Positions 14,190 through 22,450 of a stretch of 64,000 nucleotides of DNA are shown one piece after another (the stretch's first letter is position 1; every line of letters begins with the position of its first letter). The translations under genes and the position numbers were made by a program. Source of the DNA: an uncultured Nitrospirota bacterium (lineage in GTDB: Bacteria; Nitrospirota; Nitrospiria; SBBL01; Manganitrophaceae); the NCBI GenBank assembly GCA_964579005.1, contig CAZOFJ010000005.1, positions 2,859 to 66,858 of the forward strand. Direction: 5' to 3'. The notes under the pieces are model-generated. The model ran no database searches, was not told the DNA's origin, and saw only the letters and a program-made list of their open reading frames with translations.

Positions 14190-17100
14190 ATGAATAAAAC
14201 GAGAAAAATGGGAGGGGACATGCATACCGAAGGAAAATGTCTTTGGAAGAAGATAGGATTTGCTTTCTTATTGATTCTTTTAATGCAGGGGCGCGTCCTT
14301 GCCGAGGAGGCAACGCACCACGACATGCAGGAAATGGTGCAACAAATGGGGATGCCGGAGCGAGGAGCACCGAGCCCGGTGCCGGCCGGAACCATCTCTC
14401 AAAAGGCCGGGACGGAAATGATGAATCGGATGATGAACCGGCTTGATCAAGAAATCGATCGGGCGGGAGGGAAACTCGGAGGGTTTACCGCAGGCAGCCA
14501 AGCGCATGCGACAATGCAAGGAATCCCTCTCCAGATCAGTAATGAGGAGTCGGTGAAACAGGGGGGACGCTGCCCGGACGCGGCCCCGGTGAAGACGTTC
14601 GACATCTCGGCTGTCAACGTGGAGATCACCTTGAGCCGCTTTCTCGACTATTTTCCGGGATACCTTTACGTCCTGACGGAAGAACTCGATCAGGTCCGGG
14701 CGGAGGAGGCGAAGAACAAGGCGGCCCGTGAGAGCAACGATCCCTACCCGGCTGCGGCGGTCTCCACGGGACAACAGGGAGACATGATCGCCCCGTTGAC
14801 CATTCGGGCCAACGCGGGGGATTGTGTCCGGATTACGCTGCGGAATAAGCTGGAGAGCGAGGAGCCGGTCAGCTTCCATCTCCACGGTTCGAACCTCATC
14901 GTGAAAACGAGCGGCCAAGCGGCGACGATGACCAACAAGGACGCGCTCGTCGCCCCCGGAAAGTTTCAAGAATTCGAGTGGTACATCCCGGCTGACGAGC
15001 AGGACAAGGCACATCAATTCCACAGTCATGCGATACGGGAACATTGGAACCTTGGGATGTTCGGCTCTCTGGTGGTGGAGCCGCGCGGCTCTCGGTATCT
15101 CAACCCCTGGACGGGCAAGGAGTTGAAGAGCGGCTGGATGGCGATGATCGATTCCACAGACGGCCCCGACTTCAGGGAGTTCGCTGTTTGGTATCATGAG
15201 ATCGGCGATGAGGTCTTTCGGATTTTAGACAAGAAAGGAGAAATGCTTGGACAGCGCGATCCGGTGACCGATGCTTACCGTCCCGGCGGCCGAGGTCTAA
15301 ACCTCCGAAGCGAGCCGCATGGCACCCGCCTGGCCCTTCAGGTGGAGCGCCACGGAATTCACGACGAGTCGATGGCCTACGGCTCCTACACCTTCGGTGA
15401 TCCGGCCACGATGATTCCCCGCTCTTACGTCGGCGATCCGGTCAAGTTCCGGATGATGGGGGGATCGGAGACGATCCACTCCCACCACCTCCACAGCGGG
15501 GCGGGGGCCCGGTGGCCCCTCTCGCCGAACGCCGTCACCAAGGCGGAGTTCGACTTCGCCGCCACCCGAAACGGGACCGGTCCGGTGAAGTTCCCCCCGA
15601 TCCGGACCTCTTCGGAGCGGGTCGACGTCCAATCGATCGGCGCCGCGGAGTCTTACAATCAGGAGATCGAATGCGGTTCCGGCGGCTGCCAGTACGGGGC
15701 CGGAGACCATGTCTACCACTGCCATATCCCGCAACATTATGTTACCGGGATGTGGGCCTTCTGGCGGGTCTATAACACGCTGCAGACCGCCGACTCCAAA
15801 GATGATGTGATGCCACCGCTGGCCGAGCTCCCCGATCGGAAGGGGATGCAGAAGCTGTCGGTCGATTCCGCCAAGCTGGTCGGAACCACGGTTGACTGGT
15901 TCGGCGGGACGGCGTACAAGATCACCTCCGGCGCGAGCAACTGGAAGGCGAACCCGCCCGAGGTCAACATCAAGGAGTGGGTGCAGATGATGCTTCCGCC
16001 GCAGGGGCTCCCCGGTGGAACGGAAGACGAGCACAAACAAGCGGTCTCCCACGACGGCTCGGTCTTCGACTGGAAGTGGGATGGAAATACCGCGCTGCAC
16101 GAGCCGGAGACGAAGCAGGTCTGGGTCAATTACAAGTCGGCAAATCCCGGGAAGCGGCTTCCGTTCCGGTTTGATCCGAAAACGGGGAAGCTCTCGATCC
16201 CCTGGAACCGGCCTCACCTTGGCAAGCGGGTTAACTTCACCCCGGAACACAACGGGGCGCCGTTCTTAGAGCCGATTCGCCGGATCGCCGGCGACACCGA
16301 GCCGGCGACCCCCGGCGAGCAGGGGCCGTGGAGCCTCTGCCCCGACCGGTCGCCGCGAAAGGCATACACCGTCAACGGGATCGAGCTTCCGATTACCCTG
16401 AAGAAGGCAACCGCCAAGACACCGGCAATTGTCGATCCGGACGGCCTTCTCTATGTTCTTGAAGATCAGGAGGCCGCGATCCGGGCCAACGACGATCTGA
16501 AAAACCCGTTGGTGATCCGGGCCAACGTCTACGACTGCGTCGACGTCATCTACAAGAGCAAGATGAGTGACAGCGGGCGGACGGTCTGGTCGAACAAGAC
16601 CAACATCCACCCCCACTTCTTCCAGTTCGATATCACCGCCTCCGACGGGGTGATTGTCGGCTTCAACTGGGAGCAGTCGGTCCGTCCCTTCACCATCATG
16701 AAAGCGACCGATAAGGAAAAGGGGCATGAGCATGACGGCTTGCCCGTCCCGCAGAACACCCGTCTGGCGAAGGCGGCGAAGGCGGGGGACACCTCGGTTG
16801 AAATCGAATCGAACGTCCGGCATATCGATATCCACGGGACGAAGTTCGACGCCCCGATCTTCCAGACGGGTGTCACCTTCGGCCTGGACCTCGACGGGGT
16901 GGACGAGTTCGAGGCGGTCAAGGTCAAGGAGATCAAGGGGAACACCGTTGTCCTGACCCGGCCGTTGAAAAAGAACCATAAGAAAGGGGGGATCGCCAGC
17001 GTCGAATTCGTCCGTTATCGCTGGTATCCCGATGTTGATCTGGGGATTGTCTTCTGGCACGATCACGTCTTCGGTCTCGACGGCTGGGGGCATGGGTTCT

Positions 17101-19016
17101 TCTCGGCCACGGTGGTCGAGCCCCCCGGGTCGACCTATCACGACCCGACCACCGGCAAGGAGATCCGGAGCGGCCATATCGCCGACATCCACACCACCGA
17201 CCCGGTCGGTCATGCCGTCAAGGGGAGCTTCCGGGAGCTGGTCAGCTTCGTCGTCGACTCGAATCCGAGAACATCCGAGCTGATCACCGCTGACAATCCG
17301 ATGGCGGGGAGACCTTCCGTCGACGGTACCCCGTCGGCGAAATATCCGGCGCGGCTCAACAAATCGGCGATGGCCTTCCTCAACGGAGGGGAGGCGACGA
17401 CCGGGGGAGGATACGGAATGCGGGCGGAGCCGCTTTCGGTGCGGCTCGCCAATAACCCCGATCCATCGAAGCTCTTCTCCAGCAAGGTCCACGGCGATCC
17501 GGAAACCCCCATTCTCAGAGCCTACCTGGGAGACCCGATCGTTGTCCGGCTCCAACAGGGGTCGGCCAACGAGGCCCACACCTGGCACCTCAGCGGGCAC
17601 TACTTCCCGCTGGAGCGCTACAATCCGGATTCCAAGGCTCGCAACACCATGCACATCATCATTGGCGAGCGGTTCAACTTCGTCATCCCCGCCGCCGGAG
17701 GCCCGCAGAAGATGGCGGGGGATTATCTCTACTACTCCGGCCGCGCCTCTCATTTCGCCGAGGGATCGTGGGGAATGATCCGGGTTTTGGACAAACCGGA
17801 TAAGAACCTTCGGTTCCTGCCGTCGCGGGAGGAAATCCCCGCTTCGGCGAAAGAACTCTGCCCGGCGGATGCCCCCGTGAAGGAGTTTGGTGTCTCGGCG
17901 ATTGACCATGCCATGAAGTTCAATAAGGAAGTGCCTGAAGCGATCGAAGTCGATCTCGGACGAAAGCTCTCCCTCGGCAACCAGAGCGGGAAAGCCTATG
18001 TCCTCGACGATGAAGTGACCAAAGTGAAAGGGGGGATGCTACAACCCAATCCATTGACCCTTCGGGTGAACGTCGGCGATTGCATCAAGATCAAGCTGAC
18101 CAACCGGATGGCCAAGGAGCGGGCCGGCTTCCATGCCGACATGCTCGCCTTCGATCCGAAAGACTCGATGGGGATCAACGTCGGAAACAACCCCGGTGAT
18201 CAAACGGTGGCTCCGGGGCAGAGCAAGACCTACACCTTTTACGCCCATCCGGAATATGGCGAGAACGCCGCCCTGATCCAAGACTGGGGGAATGTCGTCG
18301 ACAATCCCCGGAATGGATTGTACGGCGCCATCGTTGTTGGTCCGAAGGGATCGAAGTACCGTGATCCCGCCACCGGAGCGGATATCAGCACGAAGAACGC
18401 CTGGCAAGCCGATGTGATCGTCGACCGGGGCATTCCGGGGAACGAGAACAAGGAGAACTACCGGGACTTCGCCCTGATGTTCCAGGAAGAAGACAACCTG
18501 ATGAACACCTCCTTCATGCCGTATGCCCAGAAGATCGGGGGACTGATCGGGGTGAATTATCGGGCTGCCATGCCGATGGACCATGCCTTGGAGGTCGGCT
18601 GCAATGTCGGGATGATCTTCCAATGCGTGTCGGAAAAGGGTGGCGTTGCCACGCCCATCATCGAGGCCCATGCGGGAGACAAAGTCCTGATCCATGTCTT
18701 GGGAGCGTTTATGGAGCAGGTCGGGGTCTTCGCCTTGGACGGGCATGAGTGGCCGGTCGACAGCTTCAAAGGGGCGCATCAACACAGCGCCTTTGAATTC
18801 GGGGGGAACTCCTACCTCCGGATCGATCTCCGGGGCGGAGCTGGCGGACCGCATCAGTTGCCGGGAGACTATGTCTACATGAACCATCGTCCGGCCTATG
18901 CCGACGCCGGGCAATGGGGATTGCTTCGGGTATTGCCGAAAGGCGACAAAAGCATCCAAGCGCTCAACCCGATAAACACAGAGGTTCGGCCCGTCTCCGT
19001 CGGTTCCAATGACTGA
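14190..19016 (+). CDS. Giant secreted multicopper-oxidase-like protein (1608 aa)
   Basis: Sec-type signal peptide (KKIGFAFLLILLMQGRVLA), then a Met/His-rich stretch. The four canonical MCO motifs occur in order in the N-terminal half (FHLHGSN, FHSHAI, IHSHHLHSG, HCHIPQHYVTGMW). A second set lacking the HCH Cys ligand is in the C-terminal half (IHPHFF, FWHDHVFG, HTWHLSGH). The start is uncertain (ATG 14190, 14208 or 14220). Confidence 0.85.
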   Translation: MNKTRKMGGDMHTEGKCLWKKIGFAFLLILLMQGRVLAEEATHHDMQEMVQQMGMPERGAPSPVPAGTISQKAGTEMMNRMMNRLDQEIDRAGGKLGGFTAGSQAHATMQGIPLQISNEESVKQGGRCPDAAPVKTFDISAVNVEITLSRFLDYFPGYLYVLTEELDQVRAEEAKNKAARESNDPYPAAAVSTGQQGDMIAPLTIRANAGDCVRITLRNKLESEEPVSFHLHGSNLIVKTSGQAATMTNKDALVAPGKFQEFEWYIPADEQDKAHQFHSHAIREHWNLGMFGSLVVEPRGSRYLNPWTGKELKSGWMAMIDSTDGPDFREFAVWYHEIGDEVFRILDKKGEMLGQRDPVTDAYRPGGRGLNLRSEPHGTRLALQVERHGIHDESMAYGSYTFGDPATMIPRSYVGDPVKFRMMGGSETIHSHHLHSGAGARWPLSPNAVTKAEFDFAATRNGTGPVKFPPIRTSSERVDVQSIGAAESYNQEIECGSGGCQYGAGDHVYHCHIPQHYVTGMWAFWRVYNTLQTADSKDDVMPPLAELPDRKGMQKLSVDSAKLVGTTVDWFGGTAYKITSGASNWKANPPEVNIKEWVQMMLPPQGLPGGTEDEHKQAVSHDGSVFDWKWDGNTALHEPETKQVWVNYKSANPGKRLPFRFDPKTGKLSIPWNRPHLGKRVNFTPEHNGAPFLEPIRRIAGDTEPATPGEQGPWSLCPDRSPRKAYTVNGIELPITLKKATAKTPAIVDPDGLLYVLEDQEAAIRANDDLKNPLVIRANVYDCVDVIYKSKMSDSGRTVWSNKTNIHPHFFQFDITASDGVIVGFNWEQSVRPFTIMKATDKEKGHEHDGLPVPQNTRLAKAAKAGDTSVEIESNVRHIDIHGTKFDAPIFQTGVTFGLDLDGVDEFEAVKVKEIKGNTVVLTRPLKKNHKKGGIASVEFVRYRWYPDVDLGIVFWHDHVFGLDGWGHGFFSATVVEPPGSTYHDPTTGKEIRSGHIADIHTTDPVGHAVKGSFRELVSFVVDSNPRTSELITADNPMAGRPSVDGTPSAKYPARLNKSAMAFLNGGEATTGGGYGMRAEPLSVRLANNPDPSKLFSSKVHGDPETPILRAYLGDPIVVRLQQGSANEAHTWHLSGHYFPLERYNPDSKARNTMHIIIGERFNFVIPAAGGPQKMAGDYLYYSGRASHFAEGSWGMIRVLDKPDKNLRFLPSREEIPASAKELCPADAPVKEFGVSAIDHAMKFNKEVPEAIEVDLGRKLSLGNQSGKAYVLDDEVTKVKGGMLQPNPLTLRVNVGDCIKIKLTNRMAKERAGFHADMLAFDPKDSMGINVGNNPGDQTVAPGQSKTYTFYAHPEYGENAALIQDWGNVVDNPRNGLYGAIVVGPKGSKYRDPATGADISTKNAWQADVIVDRGIPGNENKENYRDFALMFQEEDNLMNTSFMPYAQKIGGLIGVNYRAAMPMDHALEVGCNVGMIFQCVSEKGGVATPIIEAHAGDKVLIHVLGAFMEQVGVFALDGHEWPVDSFKGAHQHSAFEFGGNSYLRIDLRGGAGGPHQLPGDYVYMNHRPAYADAGQWGLLRVLPKGDKSIQALNPINTEVRPVSVGSND

Positions 19017-19040
19017 TAGGCGGCCTCTTCAATAAGCAAT

Positions 19041-19081
19041 AAAAACAAGGAGGGGTCTCGAAAGCCCCTCCTTGTTTTTTG
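19041..19081. terminator. Rho-independent terminator after the MCO gene (shared with the convergent gene)
   Basis: Stem ACAAGGAGGGG (19045-19055) / CCCCTCCTTGT (19065-19075), then a T-run, with an A-run on the other side. The stem sequence is identical to that of 2172-2202. Confidence 0.8.
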
Positions 19082-19095
19082 AAGTTTTTTAAAGT

Positions 19096-19674
19096 TTATC
19101 GATTGATCCGGGGAGGTTTGTCAGTCAATTGACGGTAGAGTTCATGGAACTGATCGGTGGTCAGCGTTGGGTCGGAGAGCCGCTTCAACTCCTCCAGGCT
19201 GACCGGGATTTGAAAGGATTCATCGAAGATTGAGACGGCGATCCCAACATAGTGGGCGGCAAGGCGTTTCTCTGGAAGAAGAAATTGAATCCCATCGTTG
19301 TAAGTCAGCGCCAGACGGATTGCCAGTCGGGCCACGTCGGCCGGGATCTCTTTCCCGAAACCGACGTTTTGAGGAGGATGTCCCTTCCGGAAGACTTGAG
19401 CGCGGACCTTGGTGATGGAAACCGTCTCGAATTCTTTTTTGATCGCATCGATGTCGCCTTTCCGTTCCGGAGAAAGGAAGAACTCCACCAAAATGTCGCG
19501 GTTCTTCTCCTCCTTTTCGGCGACGGGGAGGGGATGATTTTCCATCAGGGGAATCGGTCTGCTAGCCGTTCCATTTTTTAGGCTATCGGCAAGCCCGTCC
19601 GGATTGCTTCCGGCCAGGATGAACGGAAAAAGAATCCCTCCAAGGAGTCGAGGGAGGAGGATCGGTTTTTTCAT
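19096..19674 (-). CDS. Secreted/lipoprotein-like hypothetical protein (192 aa)
   Basis: N-terminal hydrophobic signal MKKPILLPRLLGGILFPFILAG. No recognisable domain. Confidence 0.55.
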   Translation of the reverse strand: MKKPILLPRLLGGILFPFILAGSNPDGLADSLKNGTASRPIPLMENHPLPVAEKEEKNRDILVEFFLSPERKGDIDAIKKEFETVSITKVRAQVFRKGHPPQNVGFGKEIPADVARLAIRLALTYNDGIQFLLPEKRLAAHYVGIAVSIFDESFQIPVSLEELKRLSDPTLTTDQFHELYRQLTDKPPRINR

Positions 19675-19864
19675 CAGGTTTTCCTTCTGTTTTTATTTTA
19701 AGGTGAGGGCGTCTGTTTCGAGACATTCTAACAAAAGAGCGGCCCCTTGAGAAGGAATATCTCGCATGCCCCTTCGGTAAAGAAGGATTTTTTTGTCAGA
19801 CCCAAAGACAACCAAATGAAAAAGTTGGACCGAATGTCAACCAACACAATAAAAGGAGACGGAG

Positions 19865-20509
19865 ATGAGAAAGATCCTTCAGATCGCAGTGATTCTGGTG
19901 GGGTTGGTCTCATGGGGAACGTCGGCGTTGGCGGAGATGGGGGGGCAGGTCTTCTACCGCTATGGCTCCGCTTCGCTTCGGGACGACCGGGGGGGAGAGG
20001 TTTTTACCGATACAGCGAATGTTACCGGAGCAGGACTGAATAATGACAAGGGGGGTTATGCCATCGGGGCCGGACTGGATATCCCCTTGGCACAGTTGTT
20101 CGGAAACACCCTCCTCGGGGAGGTGATGGTGGAGTATGCGAAGTTCTCGGACAAGGAGGTCCTTCAGACGACCAGCGCCTTGGATACAGCAGTGGGGGTG
20201 CTTGGCCCGTCGAAATCCAAAGTCGTTGTCTCCGGCCTCGCCGTGGTGATCGCCCCGAAGTATCGTTTCGAGATGGGAAAGCTTCGTCCCTGGATCATCC
20301 CGATCGGCCTTGCCTTCCTGGTCAACTCCCCTCCTTCCAACGACACGACCTATCTTGACTTCGGGCCGCACTTCGGGGCCGGCGTCGAATACCGTTTGAT
20401 CGATCTTGTCAGCATCGGGATCGACTATCGATTGAACCTCGGTTCCGGACAGTCCCGGACGAAGAACGACTATAGCACCTTCGGGGGATATGTCGGGATC
20501 AATTTCTGA
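19865..20509 (+). CDS. Outer-membrane beta-barrel protein (OmpW/OmpA-barrel-like, 214 aa)
   Basis: SD AGGAGACGGAG. Signal peptide ending ALA-E. Alternating amphipathic strands rich in G/Y. C-terminus ...GGYVGINF has the terminal Phe typical of OM barrels. Confidence 0.75.
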   Translation: MRKILQIAVILVGLVSWGTSALAEMGGQVFYRYGSASLRDDRGGEVFTDTANVTGAGLNNDKGGYAIGAGLDIPLAQLFGNTLLGEVMVEYAKFSDKEVLQTTSALDTAVGVLGPSKSKVVVSGLAVVIAPKYRFEMGKLRPWIIPIGLAFLVNSPPSNDTTYLDFGPHFGAGVEYRLIDLVSIGIDYRLNLGSGQSRTKNDYSTFGGYVGINF

Positions 20510-20543
20510 AAAATGAGGCGCCCATTGGACAGGAGGAGAAGCG

Positions 20544-21107
20544 GTGGCCAGTGTTTTCATTCGAACGAGCGAAGATAAGATCTTCGGCGAAGAACCGGTC
20601 GCGCGTTATCTGCACGACCGGGGTATTCTTTATCGATGTTGGGGGGTCGATCGGATCGACCGTCGCCTGAAAACTCTTTACCCGTTTTGTTTCAACGAAC
20701 AGCGCGCGCTCCTCGACCTCTACGCCGAGGAGATCCTCGAATTGAAGGCGAAGCAGGGATATGTGACTCAAGATGTCGTGGCCCTCTCCGCCGAAACGCC
20801 AAACCTGGAGGAGCTCCTTGAGAAATTCAGGCGGGAGCATCACCACCGGGACGACGAGGTCCGGTTCATCGTCGACGGCGGCGGCCGCTTCACGATTCGG
20901 CAGGGCCCCCTGATTTTCGACATTCGGGTCGAACCGGGCGATCTCCTCGTCGTCCCGGCTTATACCCGGCACTGGTTCGACCTGACCGAAGCGCGGAAGA
21001 TCCTTTGCATCCGGATCTTCAAGGACCCCGCCGGATGGGAGGCGATCTACGACGAACGGACCGGGAAATGGAGCGGCCATCCGTCGGCCGAGGCGGTTCT
21101 TTCATAA
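20544..21107 (+). CDS. mtnD: Acireductone dioxygenase (ARD cupin, methionine salvage)
   Basis: GTG start with GGAGG upstream. Motifs FRREHHHRDDEVRFIVDGGGRF and LVVPAYTRHWFDL...IRIFKDPAGW match the ARD family. Confidence 0.8.
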   Translation: MASVFIRTSEDKIFGEEPVARYLHDRGILYRCWGVDRIDRRLKTLYPFCFNEQRALLDLYAEEILELKAKQGYVTQDVVALSAETPNLEELLEKFRREHHHRDDEVRFIVDGGGRFTIRQGPLIFDIRVEPGDLLVVPAYTRHWFDLTEARKILCIRIFKDPAGWEAIYDERTGKWSGHPSAEAVLS

Positions 21108-21128
21108 CCATAACGATAAAGGGGAAAA

Positions 21129-21581
21129 ATGTTTTGGATGATTTTAATTTGGATCCATATCCTTGCGGCGATGTTTTGGATCGGAGGGATGCTCTTCTTC
21201 TCGATGGTCTTGGTCCCTTCCCTTCTCGGACTTCCCAGCGAGCAGCGTACCGAGCTGATCAGCCGGATCGGTCAACGGTTTCGCAAGGCAGGCTGGATCT
21301 CGCTAGGCATCCTCCTGGTCACCGGGCTTCTCCAGGTCTATCATCTCGGCTTGCCGGTGTTCATGGAGGGGTGGCTCTGGGCCAAGCTGTCGATGGTCAT
21401 CCTCATGGTCTCCCTCACCCTTCTTCACGATTTCGTCCTCGGTCCCCGGGCTGTTGAGATCAGCCGCGCCAACCCCGGCCCCCGTTCCCTCCGGGGTACG
21501 GTCCGGTGGTTGCCCCGATTGAATCTGGTGGTGGGGATCCTTGTCGTTTTGGCCGCCGTTTATGTCGCCCGCGGGTACTGA
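21129..21581 (+). CDS. Four-TM membrane protein, CopD-like (family assignment tentative)
   Basis: Four predicted TM helices. The first helix, IHILAAMFWIGGMLF, resembles the CopD / copper-resistance-D signature. Confidence 0.45.
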   Translation: MFWMILIWIHILAAMFWIGGMLFFSMVLVPSLLGLPSEQRTELISRIGQRFRKAGWISLGILLVTGLLQVYHLGLPVFMEGWLWAKLSMVILMVSLTLLHDFVLGPRAVEISRANPGPRSLRGTVRWLPRLNLVVGILVVLAAVYVARGY

Positions 21582-21606
21582 CCAAATCCAATCAGGGGAG
21601 GTGGAG

Positions 21607-22164
21607 ATGGAACAAAAAGAAAATGGGAACAAAATGGTCGAAGAAAGCAGGGAACCGACCGAGTTACTCAAGCAAGAACATCAAGCCACCCTCCTCAAGC
21701 TGGAGTTGATGGAGCGTTCCCTCGGATATCTTCGCTCTCCTCACAAGGAAACGGCATTGGAACGCACCGAAATGGAAAAGACCCTCCTGAAGGATCTCGC
21801 CAACGCCCTTGAGAAAGAGCTCGGTTCCCACTTCCGCAAAGAAGAGGAGGCCCTCTTTCCTGTTTTGGCCGGATATATCGGGCGAGAACATGGACCGATC
21901 GACGTGATGATCCATGAACATGAAAGAATCCTCTCCGTTTTCTCCCATTGGAAAAAGGTCCTCCCCCCGTTCTGCCGAAGCATGGAACCGGTTGACGAAG
22001 GGATCCGAAAAGCGGTCATCGATCCGGGGCTGAAGCTGATCGGACTTCTACGGCAACACATCGGGAAAGAAGATCAGGTCCTTTTTAAAATTTCCGAAGC
22101 TTCTTTATCGGACCAGGAAAAGAAAGATCTGATGGAAAAACTGACTGCGATGGAAGAGGGGTAG
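21607..22164 (+). CDS. Hemerythrin / HHE cation-binding domain protein (185 aa), paralog of 2275..2832
   Basis: Strong SD GGAGGTGGAG before the ATG at 21607. Same length as the 2275 product and about 70 percent identical to it by eye. Same His/Glu motif set. Confidence 0.8.
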   Translation: MEQKENGNKMVEESREPTELLKQEHQATLLKLELMERSLGYLRSPHKETALERTEMEKTLLKDLANALEKELGSHFRKEEEALFPVLAGYIGREHGPIDVMIHEHERILSVFSHWKKVLPPFCRSMEPVDEGIRKAVIDPGLKLIGLLRQHIGKEDQVLFKISEASLSDQEKKDLMEKLTAMEEG

Positions 22165-22414
22165 TCACCCCTGCTCCCACAGTCTCAAAGCCCCTAAAGT
22201 GGTGCGTGGCAATCTCAGCTCACAGCGAGATCGCTTCACTTCGTTCGCAATGACGGCCTTCTATCTCCGTATTAGGGGTTTATCTCCTTGTGAACAGAGA
22301 GTAGTTTGTGAATAATGAGATCGAGCGCCCAGAGACCGGGTGTTGCGCTGGAAGACCCGGCATCCCCTGTTTGGACCGTGCGTGAACCTAAAAAAGCAAT
22401 TGGCGATTTTGTAG

Positions 22415-22432
22415 GTGCGAATTTATTCGCAC
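22415..22432. promoter_or_regulatory. 18-bp perfect palindrome GTGCGAATTTATTCGCAC (operator candidate), copy 1
   Basis: Perfect 8+2+8 palindrome starting 36 nt upstream of the ATG at 22451. Identical copies precede the two downstream paralogs. Confidence 0.55.
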
Positions 22433-22450
22433 ATCACTCAGGAGGGTCGA

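Noticed and set aside
14280-18959. Minus-strand ORFs of 305, 317, 547 and 306 aa inside the giant MCO gene. The same pattern occurs at 1090..1905 in the partial copy.
   Set aside because: They are antisense to a motif-rich, paralog-supported coding frame. Their composition is Arg/Pro/Gly-rich, and they lack SDs.
22188-22275. Intergenic segment containing GAGATCGCTTCACTTCGTTCGCAATGACGG, bracketed by CCCCTAA...TTAGGGG.
   Set aside because: It resembles widespread REP-type sequences, but only one copy is in the window, so family membership cannot be shown here.
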